A stretch of DNA of 62,854 bases, the filler included, from Nemertoderma westbladi (taxonomy: Eukaryota; Animalia; Xenacoelomorpha): the NCBI GenBank assembly GCA_032718475.1. It is 3 parts of 3 records of this genome, joined end to end, with 100 filler letters (N's around TTAATTAATTAA, not from the genome) between each part and the next. Parts side by side here need not be neighbours in the genome. Positions count along the whole stretch, not along the records: positions 1 to 31,497 come from JAUCBJ010008360.1; 2 more parts are not named here. One strand, written 5' to 3'. The position numbers were made by a program, and so were the translations under genes. The notes beneath the pieces are model-generated. The model saw only the letters and a list, made by a program, of their open reading frames with translations, had not been told where the DNA came from and made no database searches. Below are positions 1 through 12,776 of this stretch, one piece after another; the first letter of the stretch is position 1, and every line of letters starts with the position of its first letter.

Positions 1-928
1 TGGGTGTTGGGGTTATTTCTCGTTATTCCAATATAATAATTCATCAACAAATATAATGAATAACCGACAACAAATAGCAGTATGCAGTATTCATAGATCA
101 ATCGTGCCAGTTTGTTTTGATATTTACAGAGTTTAAAGCCAGGTTGTTTGATGCGTAATTGCAGCCAGGTCAGTTTTGTTTGATCATCAGTCAGTTAAAG
201 GATATATGTCCTTATAATTAAACCTCCTAGTGTTGAGCTAAAAAGCAGAAAGCATAAAACACTACAAAGCCGTTCTTTCGTGGCTTTGAAAAACTCGTGA
301 CTACTGCTCTATACGAGGATACCAACTCCCTTATTCCACGAAGCTCCCGTTCAACACAGAGAAAGAGCAGTGAGATAGGAAATTTTCAGTTCAGTACTCT
401 GTGATAGGTCAACATCAAGGATAACTCAAATTCTATTGGGAGATACAAAACAAGGCTATGACGCAACCTCCCTAGGCTTGTTGGCCGATTAAACAGAGCC
501 CAGATGCCTGCGTACAGCAAATCAGCCAATAAGCTGGTAACTTGCACTATTTTTAGCTGTAGATCACTTTGAGAGTATTCTTAGCGACTGGGGGGGAACT
601 GGCCAACAAGGCAAACGAATCAGTTATCCCACAAAAGCTTTTACAATAATATTAAATCAATGTACACTCTTAAAGCTGCAGCGAAAAAATGTAGATAATT
701 TCCTAGGTTACATATAAAATAATAATATTATTTTTAAGAACATTAATTTTACTACTTTGCAAAAATTAAAATAAAAATAACCAGACAAATATATTGCGGA
801 ATAAACTATTTCAGATATAAGCCTACAACAGTCATTATATCTTCTGTCACCTGAGATAGTAAGTAATACAACATTTATAGTATATATAGGAATTGAAATA
901 CAGGCAGTGTGGTTGGAGTTATGTCTGT

Positions 929-1143
929 AAAATTCAACTTGGAAAATTTCTAAACTTTGGCCAGACTATATGTGTACCAAGTTTCGTTAAATTTCATTAA
1001 CATTTGGCTGAGTTATAACGTTTAAAATTGGACACGACAGAACGACAGAACAACAGATCGACAGATCAACAGAACAACAGACACACCGATTGAGTTAGTG
1101 GTACCCGTATGCTAAGCTCGCTTACTTTCGTCGCTCGCCCCAC
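929..1143 (+). mobile_element. Helentron/DINE-1-like short non-autonomous element with internal GACAGAAC-type microsatellite
   Basis: Core 'tgtgtaccaagtttc...ggctgagttat', a (gacagaac/aacagatc) repeat and a 3' stem-loop 'gctcgcttactttcgtcgctcgccc'. A homologous copy lies at 34666-34924. Confidence 0.55.
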
Positions 1144-1365
1144 ACTGTTTTTTTTAAACACTTTAAACATTATTAAACATTCTATGGGACATTGTGTATA
1201 TCCCGGCGGGACTTTAAATAATTTAATTATACAAAAAGAAAGTAAGAAAATAAAATTTACTTCCGTAAGAATCAGCGCAGTGATTAAAATAATTAAATAT
1301 TATTAACAATACAATAATTATACGTATATAATAAGTAACGTACCAAGCAATCAATGTACTATCAT

Positions 1366-1665
1366 TGTTAGAATTGGATGGAAAGCCCTTTAGCTCCGTA
1401 CATTCTCCTCCACTGCTGGGTCACACCAGACAGCTATGCAACGAGCCAGCCAAGCCAGACAACCAATATAATCAACTCAACTTCACCCTATTGGTGAAGG
1501 TGAGTTGATACCTTCACCCTGGCTATGGCTAGCTAACTAGTAGCCGAGTCGATAGTAGTCTGGGTGTCTGGGTGGGTAGCCGCTAGCCGGGTCGAGGTAA
1601 CTTAGTAAATATAACTCATTGCTTATCCCAGTACTACTGGTTTCACCTCAAGTTAAATAATAACA
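1366..1665. mobile_element. Possible solo LTR
   Basis: 300-bp GC-richer island bounded by TGTTA...TAACA. Flanks tcat/tgat are at best an imperfect TSD. Confidence 0.3.
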
Positions 1666-2307
1666 TGATTGTTCTGGAATGAATATTTACCACATTGGCT
1701 TCTGCTATTCGTTGCCTGCCATTTAAGAGCCCTTCTATTTTCTTTCAATGGCAATCTCTAATCAGGAATGGTCTATCTGTCTATGAATGGTGCTATATGT
1801 GAGATATATATATTTATTGATCAGCTAGAAATTAATAATTAAATGAGGTTGTTTTATCAGTGAGATAATGTGATGTAAATTTCTCCCAACTTACGGGTCC
1901 CATCAGCTGCTTCCTGTCGGTGTCGTCACGTTATGGCCACTGCCGCGCTACGGCTAATTTTTTGGGAGATAAGCCGTAACGCGACTTTCAAAGGCGCGGT
2001 ACGGCTACTCCTGAGAGTCGCGTTACGGCTAATTGTCGAGTTCCGGCTAATCTATTGTCTTGGTTTTACATAGGGAATCATTATCAATATTTTTCTATGG
2101 TGTTTACGTACAGACGAGGTCCAAAAAATGTAATAATGTTTTACAGCATAGGAGTATCCTTGGGGTGGGAGTGGAGGGAGGGGGGGGGGGGGGGGGACTT
2201 ACTTCACATTCAATATTATGTGGGGTACCGGTACATCCTTAGTTACAGCCTCAAGCTCGGGTACGGATGAATAATATATAGTAATACGGTACAGAATTAA
2301 TGTGAAT

Positions 2308-2545
2308 GGGTTCAATTCACTATCAATTCTGATACCGGGTTCAATTCACTATCAATTCTGATACCGGGTTCAATTCACTATCAATTCTGATACCGGGTTC
2401 AATTCACTATCAATTCTGATACCGGGTTCAATTCACTATCAATTCTGATACCGGGTTCAATTCACTATCAATTCTGATACCGGGTTCAATTCACTATCAA
2501 TTCTGATACCGGGTTCAATTCACTATCAATTCTGATAGTGGGTTC
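2308..2545. repeat. Minisatellite, 29-bp unit GGGTTCAATTCACTATCAATTCTGATACC, about 8 copies
   Basis: Head-to-tail near-identical copies with no spacers; only the last unit varies. Confidence 0.95.
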
Positions 2546-2549
2546 GAAG

Positions 2550-3050
2550 GTCTGCTGAAGATCTTCGAATTCGCAAAGGTTAAGAAGCCTGGTCTGTCAT
2601 CCACAAGCTGTCCAGGATCTGGAAGAGCTGTGATATTTCATGCTCTTTAAAGTTACACCTTTTCCGTGCAGCAGTGCCTGTTCTGCTCTATGGCAGCCCA
2701 TACTGGAATCTAAGTGCTCTAAGACACCAGGTCTCTGGATGGTAAATATAACAGGTTGCTGCACAGGGTGCTCAACAATCCTATGATGCACACCTATGCT
2801 AAGAGTTGTTATACAACCATGACAACATCTAATTCCCAAGCATCAGGCTGCAGAGATGCCGCCTGATACTTGCATGGCACTGTTTTCGCAGGCAGGATCA
2901 ACCTTGTGCTATGACAGCCTGCTGGTGAGAGGAGGCGCGGTGGACAGCCAAAGACTATCATCAAACACCTGCTCACTGCTCACGGGGGGGGGGGGGGGGG
3001 GGGGGGTGGACTGGGAAAGTGTATGGCTGACCATGATATCTCGGTTGCTG
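2550..3050 (+). mobile_element. Degenerate RTE-clade LINE, 3' part of ORF
   Basis: Translates with disruptions to AWSVIHKLSRIWKS..LKLHLFRAAVPVLLYGS..LDGKYNRLLHRVLN..HCFRRQDQP, typical of the RTE C-terminal region. Confidence 0.75.
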
Positions 3051-3899
3051 TGTTGCTTGGATCCACCGGCACTGCACCTTAGTACAAGCCGATCATCAAC
3101 AATCATCCACAAAAATAAAATTTTAGTTTAGCAGATGGAACAACCTCTTTGGTTTGACCCGGTTGTCTATTGTTTATTGATTGCATCTATTATAAAAGTT
3201 GATTTTTGACCACATCTAGAATCCACAAATTAACTAACTACGTAATTACCATTTGGTAAACGAAAAAGTTTGTAATCAAAATTAGTTATTTATGCAACTT
3301 ATTATCTCTGTGGCCATCTGATAGATATTATAATAGGCATCCGTGCCTGGATTAAAGATTAATATATACAATAATATAACCTATAAATATTAACATGCAG
3401 TCAATTAACCAATAACATATGCGCAAATAGGCATGGTTTTCAACATTTTGGACAAAATGTAAACACAAAGTACCACATGAATATGAAATAAAGGTTCCCT
3501 TCAAATCGATACTGTTGTACCCTTTTCTAACCTATTCTACCTTTTTTTCTACCCTATTCTACCCTTTTTTGTACCCTTTTCTACCCTTTTTGTGATCACT
3601 TAGCATCAAAACCTATTACAAAGCTGTGGATTGATAAATATATCTAAGATACTATATTTGTATGGTACTGTACATAGTGAACCAACGTAATAAATTTACA
3701 AGATAGTAATTTTATCAATTACACTATTGTGTCGCAACAATTCACAACACGTTTAGAAGTCGTTGCTTTGCAAACGTTAATTAGGGACACCATTTTTCTA
3801 ATCATTAACAAACAATGGGACGTTTTGTAGACTTTAACTTGCTAAAGTGAATGAAGATGATATTAGCTATATATATGAGATTAGCACCTATCCAAATAT

Positions 3900-4450
3900 T
3901 CCTCCATCATATAAGATTTCCAAAATCGAATTGGCTTCAAAGTCTATGATTGAGAGGGTCCAAAAGAGGCTAAGGTTCAAATGTTTAGTGCTTTCTCTTG
4001 GGAATAAGTAAACATAATATGTACGATATATGTAGATACCATTGGATCCATTGATACATGGCATATATACATACATACTACATAGGTATATGAGTGATGA
4101 GTAACTGATGATATTTACAGATGTTAGAAAATTATAGCATCAATCGTATCATGTGTGCTCCCTTTAATGATGGAAATCTTTCCTAACAATATTCTGGAAG
4201 ATATTCACTTTAAATTCCTAAACAGTCCTGAACAAATAGGGTGCAAATCCATAGTTAATTATTTTTTTGGAAATCTTCCTGTTATTCATTATGTGTTTTG
4301 TGTCCAACTTCCATAGTTATGTATCTGCTCTTTGATTTATCCTATTCTTTTCCTATCTAGCATCTACACACCTGATGACAATGGTGATTTACATCAAACT
4401 ATCATTGCTTCATTCCTTAACAACTTGGAGAAAACCATTCCTTCTTGGTC
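3900..4450 (-). mobile_element. Highly decayed hAT-like transposase remnant
   Basis: Minus-strand fragments KISKKIINYGFAPYLF and HVSMDP resemble the 'GLAPYF' and 'VSMDGPNV' motifs of a common invertebrate hAT-type family. Many stops. Confidence 0.35.
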
Positions 4451-5099
4451 AGTTTCTATCTGATTATCCGTACATTATTGCACTCGCCCTGATCTATAAA
4501 TATATGGAACGACAGAGAAGAAAACTTTAGAGGAGAATTGTCATTAAATCATTAGACAGTGTGAATTTTCAGAAACTTAATCCCTACATTATTTTACAAT
4601 GAAGGAAACCACAGGAGCTAGGATGAGTGATTGAAGAACGGTTTCTTTATAACGCATATAGGGAGCGGCTCTAATATGTATGTATTGAGAGCGCCTAAGG
4701 CGCCTCCAGCCTCAAGGGAAATGATTTCAAAGAACCTCCAGCGTTTTTGCGAGTTCTGCATTAAGTTAGTTCAAGATGGAATTAAACTTATAATTAAGTT
4801 GTGAGCCCCACAACATGATTTAGGGACAGTGCAAGCGACAATGGATAACAAACGGTATTAGTAAATCAGATCAAAATTATCAGCTAATCAGTAATGTCAT
4901 GTAGCAAATATTATTGATGCGATGTCTAAGGTATAGTGTATCATAGTTATAGCTAAAGGCTTGGTTGCCAAAACGTAAAGTGAATAAAGTCAGTAATCGG
5001 AAAAAAAAGAAGTCAGAAATCAGTAATCGCGTTACACAACACACCAGAGGCAACAAGAAGGCTTCTCCCACTTACCTGCAAGAGCAAGATAGGAGATAG

Positions 5100-5300
5100 C
5101 CTGACTAACCTCTAAGCTTGAATGCCCCAACTCAGCTCGTACCTTGCTTTATTCTCCCAGAGGAGAAGAAGCCATGTTCCCTTATCGCTGAGTGGGGGCA
5201 CCGGCTCCGAAATGGAAACATCCTCAGCGTGGGGTCGAACCTTGTCCCACACAGTTAGAGACAAATTGATTCAACTCTACCTACCAGCAGCTATCTGATT
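5100..5300 (-). mobile_element. tRNA-derived SINE remnant
   Basis: Minus strand has A-box-like TAGCTGCTGG and B-box GGTTCGACCCC at tRNA-like spacing. Confidence 0.4.
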
Positions 5301-5406
5301 GAGTGTGGTGGTTGCTATAAGGAACGTGAAAACAAAGCAGCGGACAAGGGAAAACAGACAAAACATTACTGTTTCCAGGTTCGAGTTAAATTGAACCTGT
5401 GACGTA

Positions 5407-6397
5407 AAGTGTGTCCCACAAACTTTGCCCCCTTTTCATTTTTTAATAATAGCACAGCCCCTCCCCATATGAATGTAAAGTTGGTAAATTGGTGTCGCCT
5501 GAAAGCCAGTAGACTAAGTTAGACTTTGGTATATGTCTGGATAAAAAGTGATGCTATGGAAACTATATGAGTACGTTTAACAAAATAAGTTAGTTTTCAC
5601 ATATTTTTATTAGTAATAATGTATGGGTATAGCTTGAAGAAAAGAGTTCATACAGTACACAATACCAGTAATTTACTAATGTTGGTAGACCTCACCATGG
5701 GAACCTCCGATGTCCACGACCTTTTTAGGATTCGAAATGGTCTCAGTGTAGCATTTTTGAATATGCTTTGTTAATCAAGATTCTAGAACCTGATGTGTTT
5801 ATTTTTAGTGTTGCTCTATTGCGTTGTAGTCATGCCATCATATCAACATTTCCTACAGTATGTATAATGGAGAGCAGAAAGTCTTTATCATTACGTCATT
5901 TTACCAGACAAACTCTAAAAAACTCACTAGTCTAAAATTTACACACACATATCCAGGTGTGCGGCGAGCTGACAAAAAGGACATCGCACGCTTAATAAAC
6001 AAGTTTGAAACTGAAATATTTGTGCTTCGTAAAAAAAAAAGGTTCTGGAAGACCGCCCCTTTCTCCAGCGAAGATTTCTGAAGTTAAGAGTACATTACTT
6101 TCCACTCCCGAAACATCTGTGCGTCGTGTATCGTTTACCGTTAATGTGAGTAAGAGCAGCGAGTGGTTTAGAAATTGAAGTTCAGGCCTTACAAGATACA
6201 GTTACTGCATGGATTAAAGCCAAATGATTATCTGACAAGGGTGACGGGTGCCCATGTTGAGGTCTACCAACATTAGTAAATTACTGGTATATTGTGTACT
6301 GTATAAACTCTGTTCTTTAAGCTATGCCCATACATTTTTACTAATAAAATTATGTGAAAATTATCTTATTTTTTAAACGTACTCATACAGTTTCCAT
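5407..6397 (+). mobile_element. Internally deleted Tc1/mariner element
   Basis: About 150-bp inverted repeats (~5555-5705 and ~6246-6397) enclose a frameshifted transposase N-terminus: MYNGEQKVFII..IARLINKFE..SGRP..PETSVRRVS..LKFRPYKIQLLHGLKPND (DUF4817-like HTH). Left end TA-aagtgtgtccc. Confidence 0.8.
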
Positions 6398-6692
6398 ACA
6401 GGTTCATACAGAACAAAACCATAACCTCCGAATCAATAAAAACCGTAGAAAAATAACTCTAAAAAAGACAATAATTCATAACTGATGCAAAATGACAATT
6501 ATATAAAATCTTTAAACCTCGAAAATTAACATTACTTTTACAGTAATTTATTATATTGTATATGTGCAGTATATAGGACTTGAGTATCATATAATCGTAT
6601 TTAATAACAATATTAATATAATTGTACAGAAAACCACCGATTATAATACACATAGAGATTTCATTTTAAATTTGCATTATTTATTACAAAGC

Positions 6693-7586
6693 TACGGTGA
6701 CTGATAGCGGCTAATTATTTCTATTTTTATATATTTTTAAAAACATTCATCACCCGAGTGAAAAACATTTATCACCCGCGTGAAAAACATTTATCGCCCG
6801 CGTGAAAAACATTTAATACCCAGGTGAAATAAAAACATTTATCGCCCGCGTGAAAACATTTAATACCCAGGTGAAATAAAAACATTTATCGCCCGCGTGA
6901 AAACATTTAATACCCAGGTGAAATAAAAACATTTATCGCCCTCACAGTGAAAAAGGTTTTTCACCCGTTTATGACGGGGAGGGGATACTAGATTCCATAT
7001 CATTAAGTCATCACTTATTTTTTTATGAATCAACAAAATATTACAAATGTAATAATACGAATAAGTATTACTTTGGAAAAAAATAAACGCATCATATTTT
7101 ATCCATTAATTACTGGCCATATGGCGGAGGGGGGGGGGGGGGGTGGTATGAATATTAAAATTGGATTAGGCCACACAAATCGATCAAACAAACATTATTT
7201 AATATTAATAACAGTTATAATATAATAATAATACATTTAAATCTTAAATCCGCATCATAATAAGCATACGATATTATTTATAATCAAACTAACTACTATA
7301 CATACAAATGTTCACAGTGTTCAGAGTATGGGCACATGTTTTTCACCTGGGTGATAAATCTTTTTCACAGGTTGATAAATATTTTTCTTTCACCTGGGTG
7401 ATAAATGTTTTCACACGGGTATAAATGTTTATCACTCGGGTGATAAATGTTTTTCACCCGGGTGATAAATTTTTTCACCAGGGTGAGAAATTTTCACTAG
7501 GGTTTTTCACCCAGGTGATAAATGTTTTTCACCCGGGCGAGAAATATTAAAAAGTTGGAAATAATTGGCCGCAATCAGCCACCGTA
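6693..7586. mobile_element. MITE/foldback-like element with TA target and repetitive subterminal arms
   Basis: Imperfect TIRs tacggtgactgatagcggctaattattt / aaataattggccgcaatcagccaccgta. Arrays of 'aaaaacatttatc(a/g)ccc(g/a)gtg' on the left are mirrored in inverted orientation on the right. Confidence 0.8.
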
Positions 7587-7635
7587 TATAATTATTACAA
7601 TTAATATAACACATATAATAATAATAATACCGGTA

Positions 7636-7765
7636 GCCAACGTTTTAACAGAATAAACCTGTCATCTTGAGAGAAAAATATGACCGTCAGTTTCTGTCAT
7701 ATTTATAGTGCTTTTTTCCCTGAAGATGACAGACAGCAGCAGTATTCTGTTGAAACGTTGTTGGC
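7636..7765. ncRNA. Inverted pair of degenerate minimal hammerhead motifs (Penelope pseudo-LTR-like)
   Basis: Plus strand 7720-7760: CTGAAGA-T-GACAGA...TCTGTT-GAAACGTTG. A decayed inverted copy lies at ~7637-7672. Confidence 0.5.
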
Positions 7766-8364
7766 TAGTGTTACTATTTGCCTTATGCAATAAATATTGC
7801 AAATTTAATATGCAATGTCTATATGTGTTATCGCTGGTTTCCTTACAATCAAATATTTTCGCTAACCGAAATCCAAATCAATTTGTAATCTTAATATAAA
7901 TTAATATAACAATATCATATAATATAATATATTATGAATATTTGTTAGCAAACAGAAGTGACAATTTCTCAGTTCTGTAACGCCTATATTAGTGAAACCG
8001 TTGATATTGATTTTTGATTGGCCTAGGATGTTGATTGTTTATCTACGATACGCACTGCCACCAACTCAATGACGTCATAAATTTACCATCAAGAATGATT
8101 GACGTATACAATGATATATAATATTCAATGGTATATATATACAATGGTATTGATTTTTCAAGGATTATGAACTAAACAATAATTCAACAATCTAAGTAAT
8201 ATGTATATTCAACTTGGATTTAGGAATTGCTGACGATGATCTATCTATCTATCTATAATCGGCATGCTGCATTGCTGCTGCACATTGAGATGCCGGCTTA
8301 TCAAAAACATTTTGCGCCACCATGAAATCCATAATTGGCAACCCCTAATGCAACGTACATTAAG

Positions 8365-8800
8365 AATGCTATATCGGCTTATCAACAAAGTTGCACCGCC
8401 ACAACTCCCTATCCCCAATGACTTTCGTGAGATTATCCGCATCTTCATGGCCAGTGTCCTTTAAGAAGCGTCTCAAGAAAGTCGTGGGCTGTCCACCATG
8501 CTTATTTTCCAAATAAGCATGCAAAATAAGCAACGATGATATGCAACATTGTATATAATCCAAAACTCTCGTGGAATCTGCCAATCTGGCACGTTTTGCA
8601 AAGATTTACTCATTCTGGGTTGTATATTTCGAGCAATGCTTAAACTCAAAATTTGATGTGATATATTTAATAAATTGTATGTGTCATCGTTAATATGAGT
8701 TCAACGGGACCTTCTATTCTGATTGAGTATCACAAGTGAAAGCGAACCCACGCTGAATTTGATTTACTGAACAATCAAGCAGCGTCAACAATGAACCCCC
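8365..8800 (-). mobile_element. Degenerate RTE LINE 3' fragment
   Basis: HGGQPTTFLRRFLKDTGHEDADNLTKVIGDRELWR matches the RTE C-terminal RGRP..DTG..DR..WR pattern. Confidence 0.6.
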
Positions 8801-9084
8801 GCTGTCTTTACTGTGACTAATTTTTAATTATTTTCAGTTTAGTAAGAGATGATGAACGGGATATGAGTGCAACGTTGCTTTTGATGTTGTAACAATACAA
8901 GAACTACAGATATATTATTTAGATAGATAGATATAAATATTATGGCTCGTCCTTCCTTTAATTATGATAATTACCATTTACACAGCACTAATATAAATTT
9001 GAGAATGGTTTAGATTGTATCGTTAAATATACGTTTAATAATAGAACATATAGTGTAGTCAAATTCGGCCCAACAGTAACCAAA

Positions 9085-10135
9085 CCAGGAAGAAAATACA
9101 ATATGGCATAATTTGGTATCATTCAATGCAGAATTTTTCGTAGAATACTATTATAAGGTGCCTCCAGTGCCTCGCCTTGAGGATTTTTTTAAAAATCACT
9201 TTGAATACATGTCGGTCACAAAAGATGATTTTAAGATAAATGGATATATTTAGGTACTTTGACAGTGTTATTTTGCAGATTATTTTTTATTTTAACATAC
9301 CATTAATATTCTTTGTCACCAAGTACTATTGGGGATTGCGTAATTTGTAAATTATATTACCTAAGATCCTGCGCTTCCTGTAAGAAAGTCTACTGTTAGA
9401 ATTCGGTTCCGGGTCAGCGCGTAACAACAGGGGAGGATCCAGAGGCCACCGAGCCCGGGGGGCATAAATCAGGGGCGAGCAAAATTCCAAAAAATATGCT
9501 CCATATAAGTTGACTTGTCCGGTGGAGAAAGGGGGGGGGGGGGGGGGGGGGCTGGACGCAAAACCCGCCTTATTGGCGAATTAATATCCCGCCTCAATGT
9601 TACAATTCTTAATTTAGGGTAAGGCTATATTAAGCTATATCCGGATTAAGCTATATCCTGATATCGCTAATATAAATTTGGGGCCCCGATAAATTTTTTA
9701 TTGCATCTAGAGCAGCATTTAATGGGGGTTTCAAATCTAAAAACTGCTTAAGAGAGATATCTTTTTTTAGTTCTCGAATTATCGTGGAATATCTGTCTGG
9801 CAATGTGAATGTCAAAATGTAAGACAGACAGACAACCGACCGACGGACAGACTAGATTCCATCAAATAATAAATACTACCAAGGGACATTTTCATATTAC
9901 CCCCCCCCCCCCCCCCCCCCCCCCCCTTTTTGATATATGCTGTGCACCTGACTCATTTCTGCCGCATCAAAGGTGTAAGTAAGAATCACACATAACATGT
10001 AGGCCTGTTTGATGACCTGTTTAAAGTGATTTTAAAAACATTCCTCAAGGTGGGGCACTGGAGACACCTGAAAATATTATTCTACGATAAATTCTGAGTC
10101 GAATGAAACCAAATTTAGCCATTGTATACTTCCCG
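9085..10135. mobile_element. Non-autonomous DNA element with ~130-bp inverted ends and nested repeats
   Basis: ~9090-9220 is the diverged reverse complement of ~10010-10135 (ggtgcctccagtgcctcgccttgagg / cctcaaggtggggcactggagacacc). Confidence 0.6.
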
Positions 10136-10507
10136 GTGAAATTCGCCCAGAATAATAGCACAAAAGGAAAATGTCATTATAGAGAAAGAGTAAGAGGGGC
10201 GAAATTACTTAATAATTCATTCATATTTCAATACCACTTTGTTTACATAATTTGAACTGCTTACATTTTGCGTTCATTCCTAAAGACAAATAAGGCAATT
10301 AATTCAAGTATTATAATCCACCCCCCCCTTATTTAATTAATATCATCCATCACCTGGCAGCAATACTCGAGTTGAATATTTATTTACTTCCCTCCTATGT
10401 CACTCTAACATACTTGAGGCCCGCTTAGGTCCGCTGTTAGAGATAGGATATGCAACTTAAGACTGCCTGTTCAATAGAAGTGGATTAGGTGTGAGGGTGA
10501 ATGTCAG

Positions 10508-10825
10508 GGGCAAGTGGCTGAACTGGTTAGCGCTACTGATAAGGACTGATAGACCGAAAAGTACATATAGCGCTGGTTCAACCCCGGGTGACGTGCTTCC
10601 CTATTTTTTCAATTTCTGAAGAAAACTTTCATATTACATAATTCATTATTAGCGTTTTGGTTAAATGAGTGCTTTCATATTATAACTTTCGTTGGTCACA
10701 GCGGACATACAAGGTATCAGGTAGTATTTCCCGGTTTACCATTTGCCCGAGTCGCTAGCGGAATGGTTTTAGCGGCAGACTTCCAACCCGGACGTCACCA
10801 GTTCGATCCCACCTGGACGGCAATG
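10508..10825 (+). other. Two tRNA-like Pol III heads (SINE heads or pseudo-tRNAs)
   Basis: First: A box TGGCTGAACTGG, B box GGTTCAACCCC, then a T-run near 10603. Second: A box TAGCGGAATGG, loop CTTCCAA, B box AGTTCGATCCC. Neither folds into a clean cloverleaf. Confidence 0.45.
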
Positions 10826-12487
10826 CTGTTCCCCACGAAAGTTATATATTTTATTTCATAAACATTAAACGTCTCCATTGTTAAATGGGAATATAATTTA
10901 TTAGGTAGCATAAATTCTCGCAGCTTTGATTGTTTTTAAAAAAATATTTTCTATTTCTTGGTATCCAGTTTATTAGAAAGGTGTTCGCCCGACATGTTGT
11001 TTTGGACTTCATTTAAGATTGTGGGATAATATTGTTACCTCGCAGACAAAGAATAATTTTATAAGGTGACGTTTGATCTACAGTGACTAACAAACAGTGG
11101 GTAGCCGCGTAAAAACCCTCTAGGGTGGCGTTCCGTGAATGTCAACATGCATCAAAGTGCATTAACGTGGAATAGCATTGTACTAAAATATTGTCCTAAT
11201 GTATTTAAATCTATTACCTCCTAACTAAGACTGAATAATGGTCGTTTATAATTGATGCTAAGGTAATATAATTAGGCAGCGATAATGCTGAAAAATCTCA
11301 CATAAAATATACAAACAGAAAAACGAAGATTCGGAAATTATAATATTTAAAATTTGAAAGGATCTAAAACCAAGATAAAACTGCCAGTAAAGGTAATAAA
11401 TATTATAGCCACCATAACTGATTCCGTAAATAGTTTGGCACAGAGTGCCGTAAATTTATGGTTCGCTACTATTATAGAAGGGTTTTCTTCCATGATGCAC
11501 ACGAACTTAAACCTAATTGGATCTTTCCAAATTATTATTTGTACCACATGGTAATCCCAAGTATCCACCATCATCATGCTTCAAGGCATACCAAGACAAT
11601 CGACTGCGTTTATGCCTTAATTGCACGAGGGTGATCTTTTCGTTCGGTTTGGCCGGCGGCACAAATTACTGAATTTATATAAATGATGGTGATTGCGTGC
11701 TTCGCGTGATGTTAAGAGAAGTCGTATTCATTCAGTAAGTAAATTTAACTACGAATTACAATGTACCGGTAGGGACATACTGCTGGACTACAGAGGGGTT
11801 GTACTGTACCGGTAGGGACATACTACTGGACTACAGAAAGGTTGTACTGTACATACAGGCTTCAAAGCCCACATCTTTACCAATATAAAGAATGAAGGTG
11901 CGAAAATTGTCGCATCTTCTTCCTATAATAATCAATACTAATTTGCACACCTGCCACGCGCTCATCAACCACACTACATATCAGATAACCATGCCGTACT
12001 GCTACAAACTTATATCACTGTCAATAGATATAGAATACTAATACGTAATATGCTAACAGATTTTTTTCCTCAAGATTACTTTCTAAACCGATTAATAACT
12101 ACGTTTCAACAATAAAGATTGGTCAATGGTCACTATTTCTACAAATTTCGTAGATGGAAGTAAAACAGAGGCATAATTTTTTATGAAAGTTTATGAGGTT
12201 TTACCTTTAAGGATATTTGATGTACTTACTATACAATACAACCACTTTTCCTTAGATGGACCATCCTGAACGGTGTGCTAATACTTATCCGTAGGCCTAC
12301 TTGCGTTTCTTTTCCAAAATATAATTAATAATATAATATATTTATGTGATGGTTGGTAACAGGAATGTCAATATTTGCGTAACAGCAAGAAAGAGAGGGG
12401 GGTGGGGGGGGGGGGGGGGTGGGGGGTGTCGGGTGTGTAACAGAAATGGGAGGGGGGGGGGGGGGGGGGGCAGTAAGTACGGTTACG

Positions 12488-12776
12488 TACGGTACCACTC
12501 TGGTGCGATGAGTTTGACAATTTTCGATAATGCGAAAAGTTTGAAAACGCACAAAAATTTACGATTCATCCACACGTAAATGAGCTGGCCACATATATAA
12601 GTTTCATGCAATAACGAGTAATCGAATTGAGGAAGGTCCAGCCACAATAATTGAAGTAAGACATATTCCGGGTCCGGGCATTGTTCTGGTTGGACACAAT
12701 ACCGGATTAAGCACACTGCATCGGGATCCAACGCAGTTAGCCTGTTCCAAAGTTGTACAGTACAACGATAATTAAA
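12488..12776 (-). CDS. Candidate exon of unknown gene
   Basis: Good acceptor ccttttctctctag, then ~96 open codons (FNYRCTVQLWNRLTALDPDAVC...IAPEWY) to a gtacgt donor-like site. No recognisable homology. Confidence 0.25.

Noticed and set aside
2308-2545. CRISPR-like 29-bp repeats
   Set aside because: No spacers, no cas genes and a eukaryotic context; this is a plain minisatellite.
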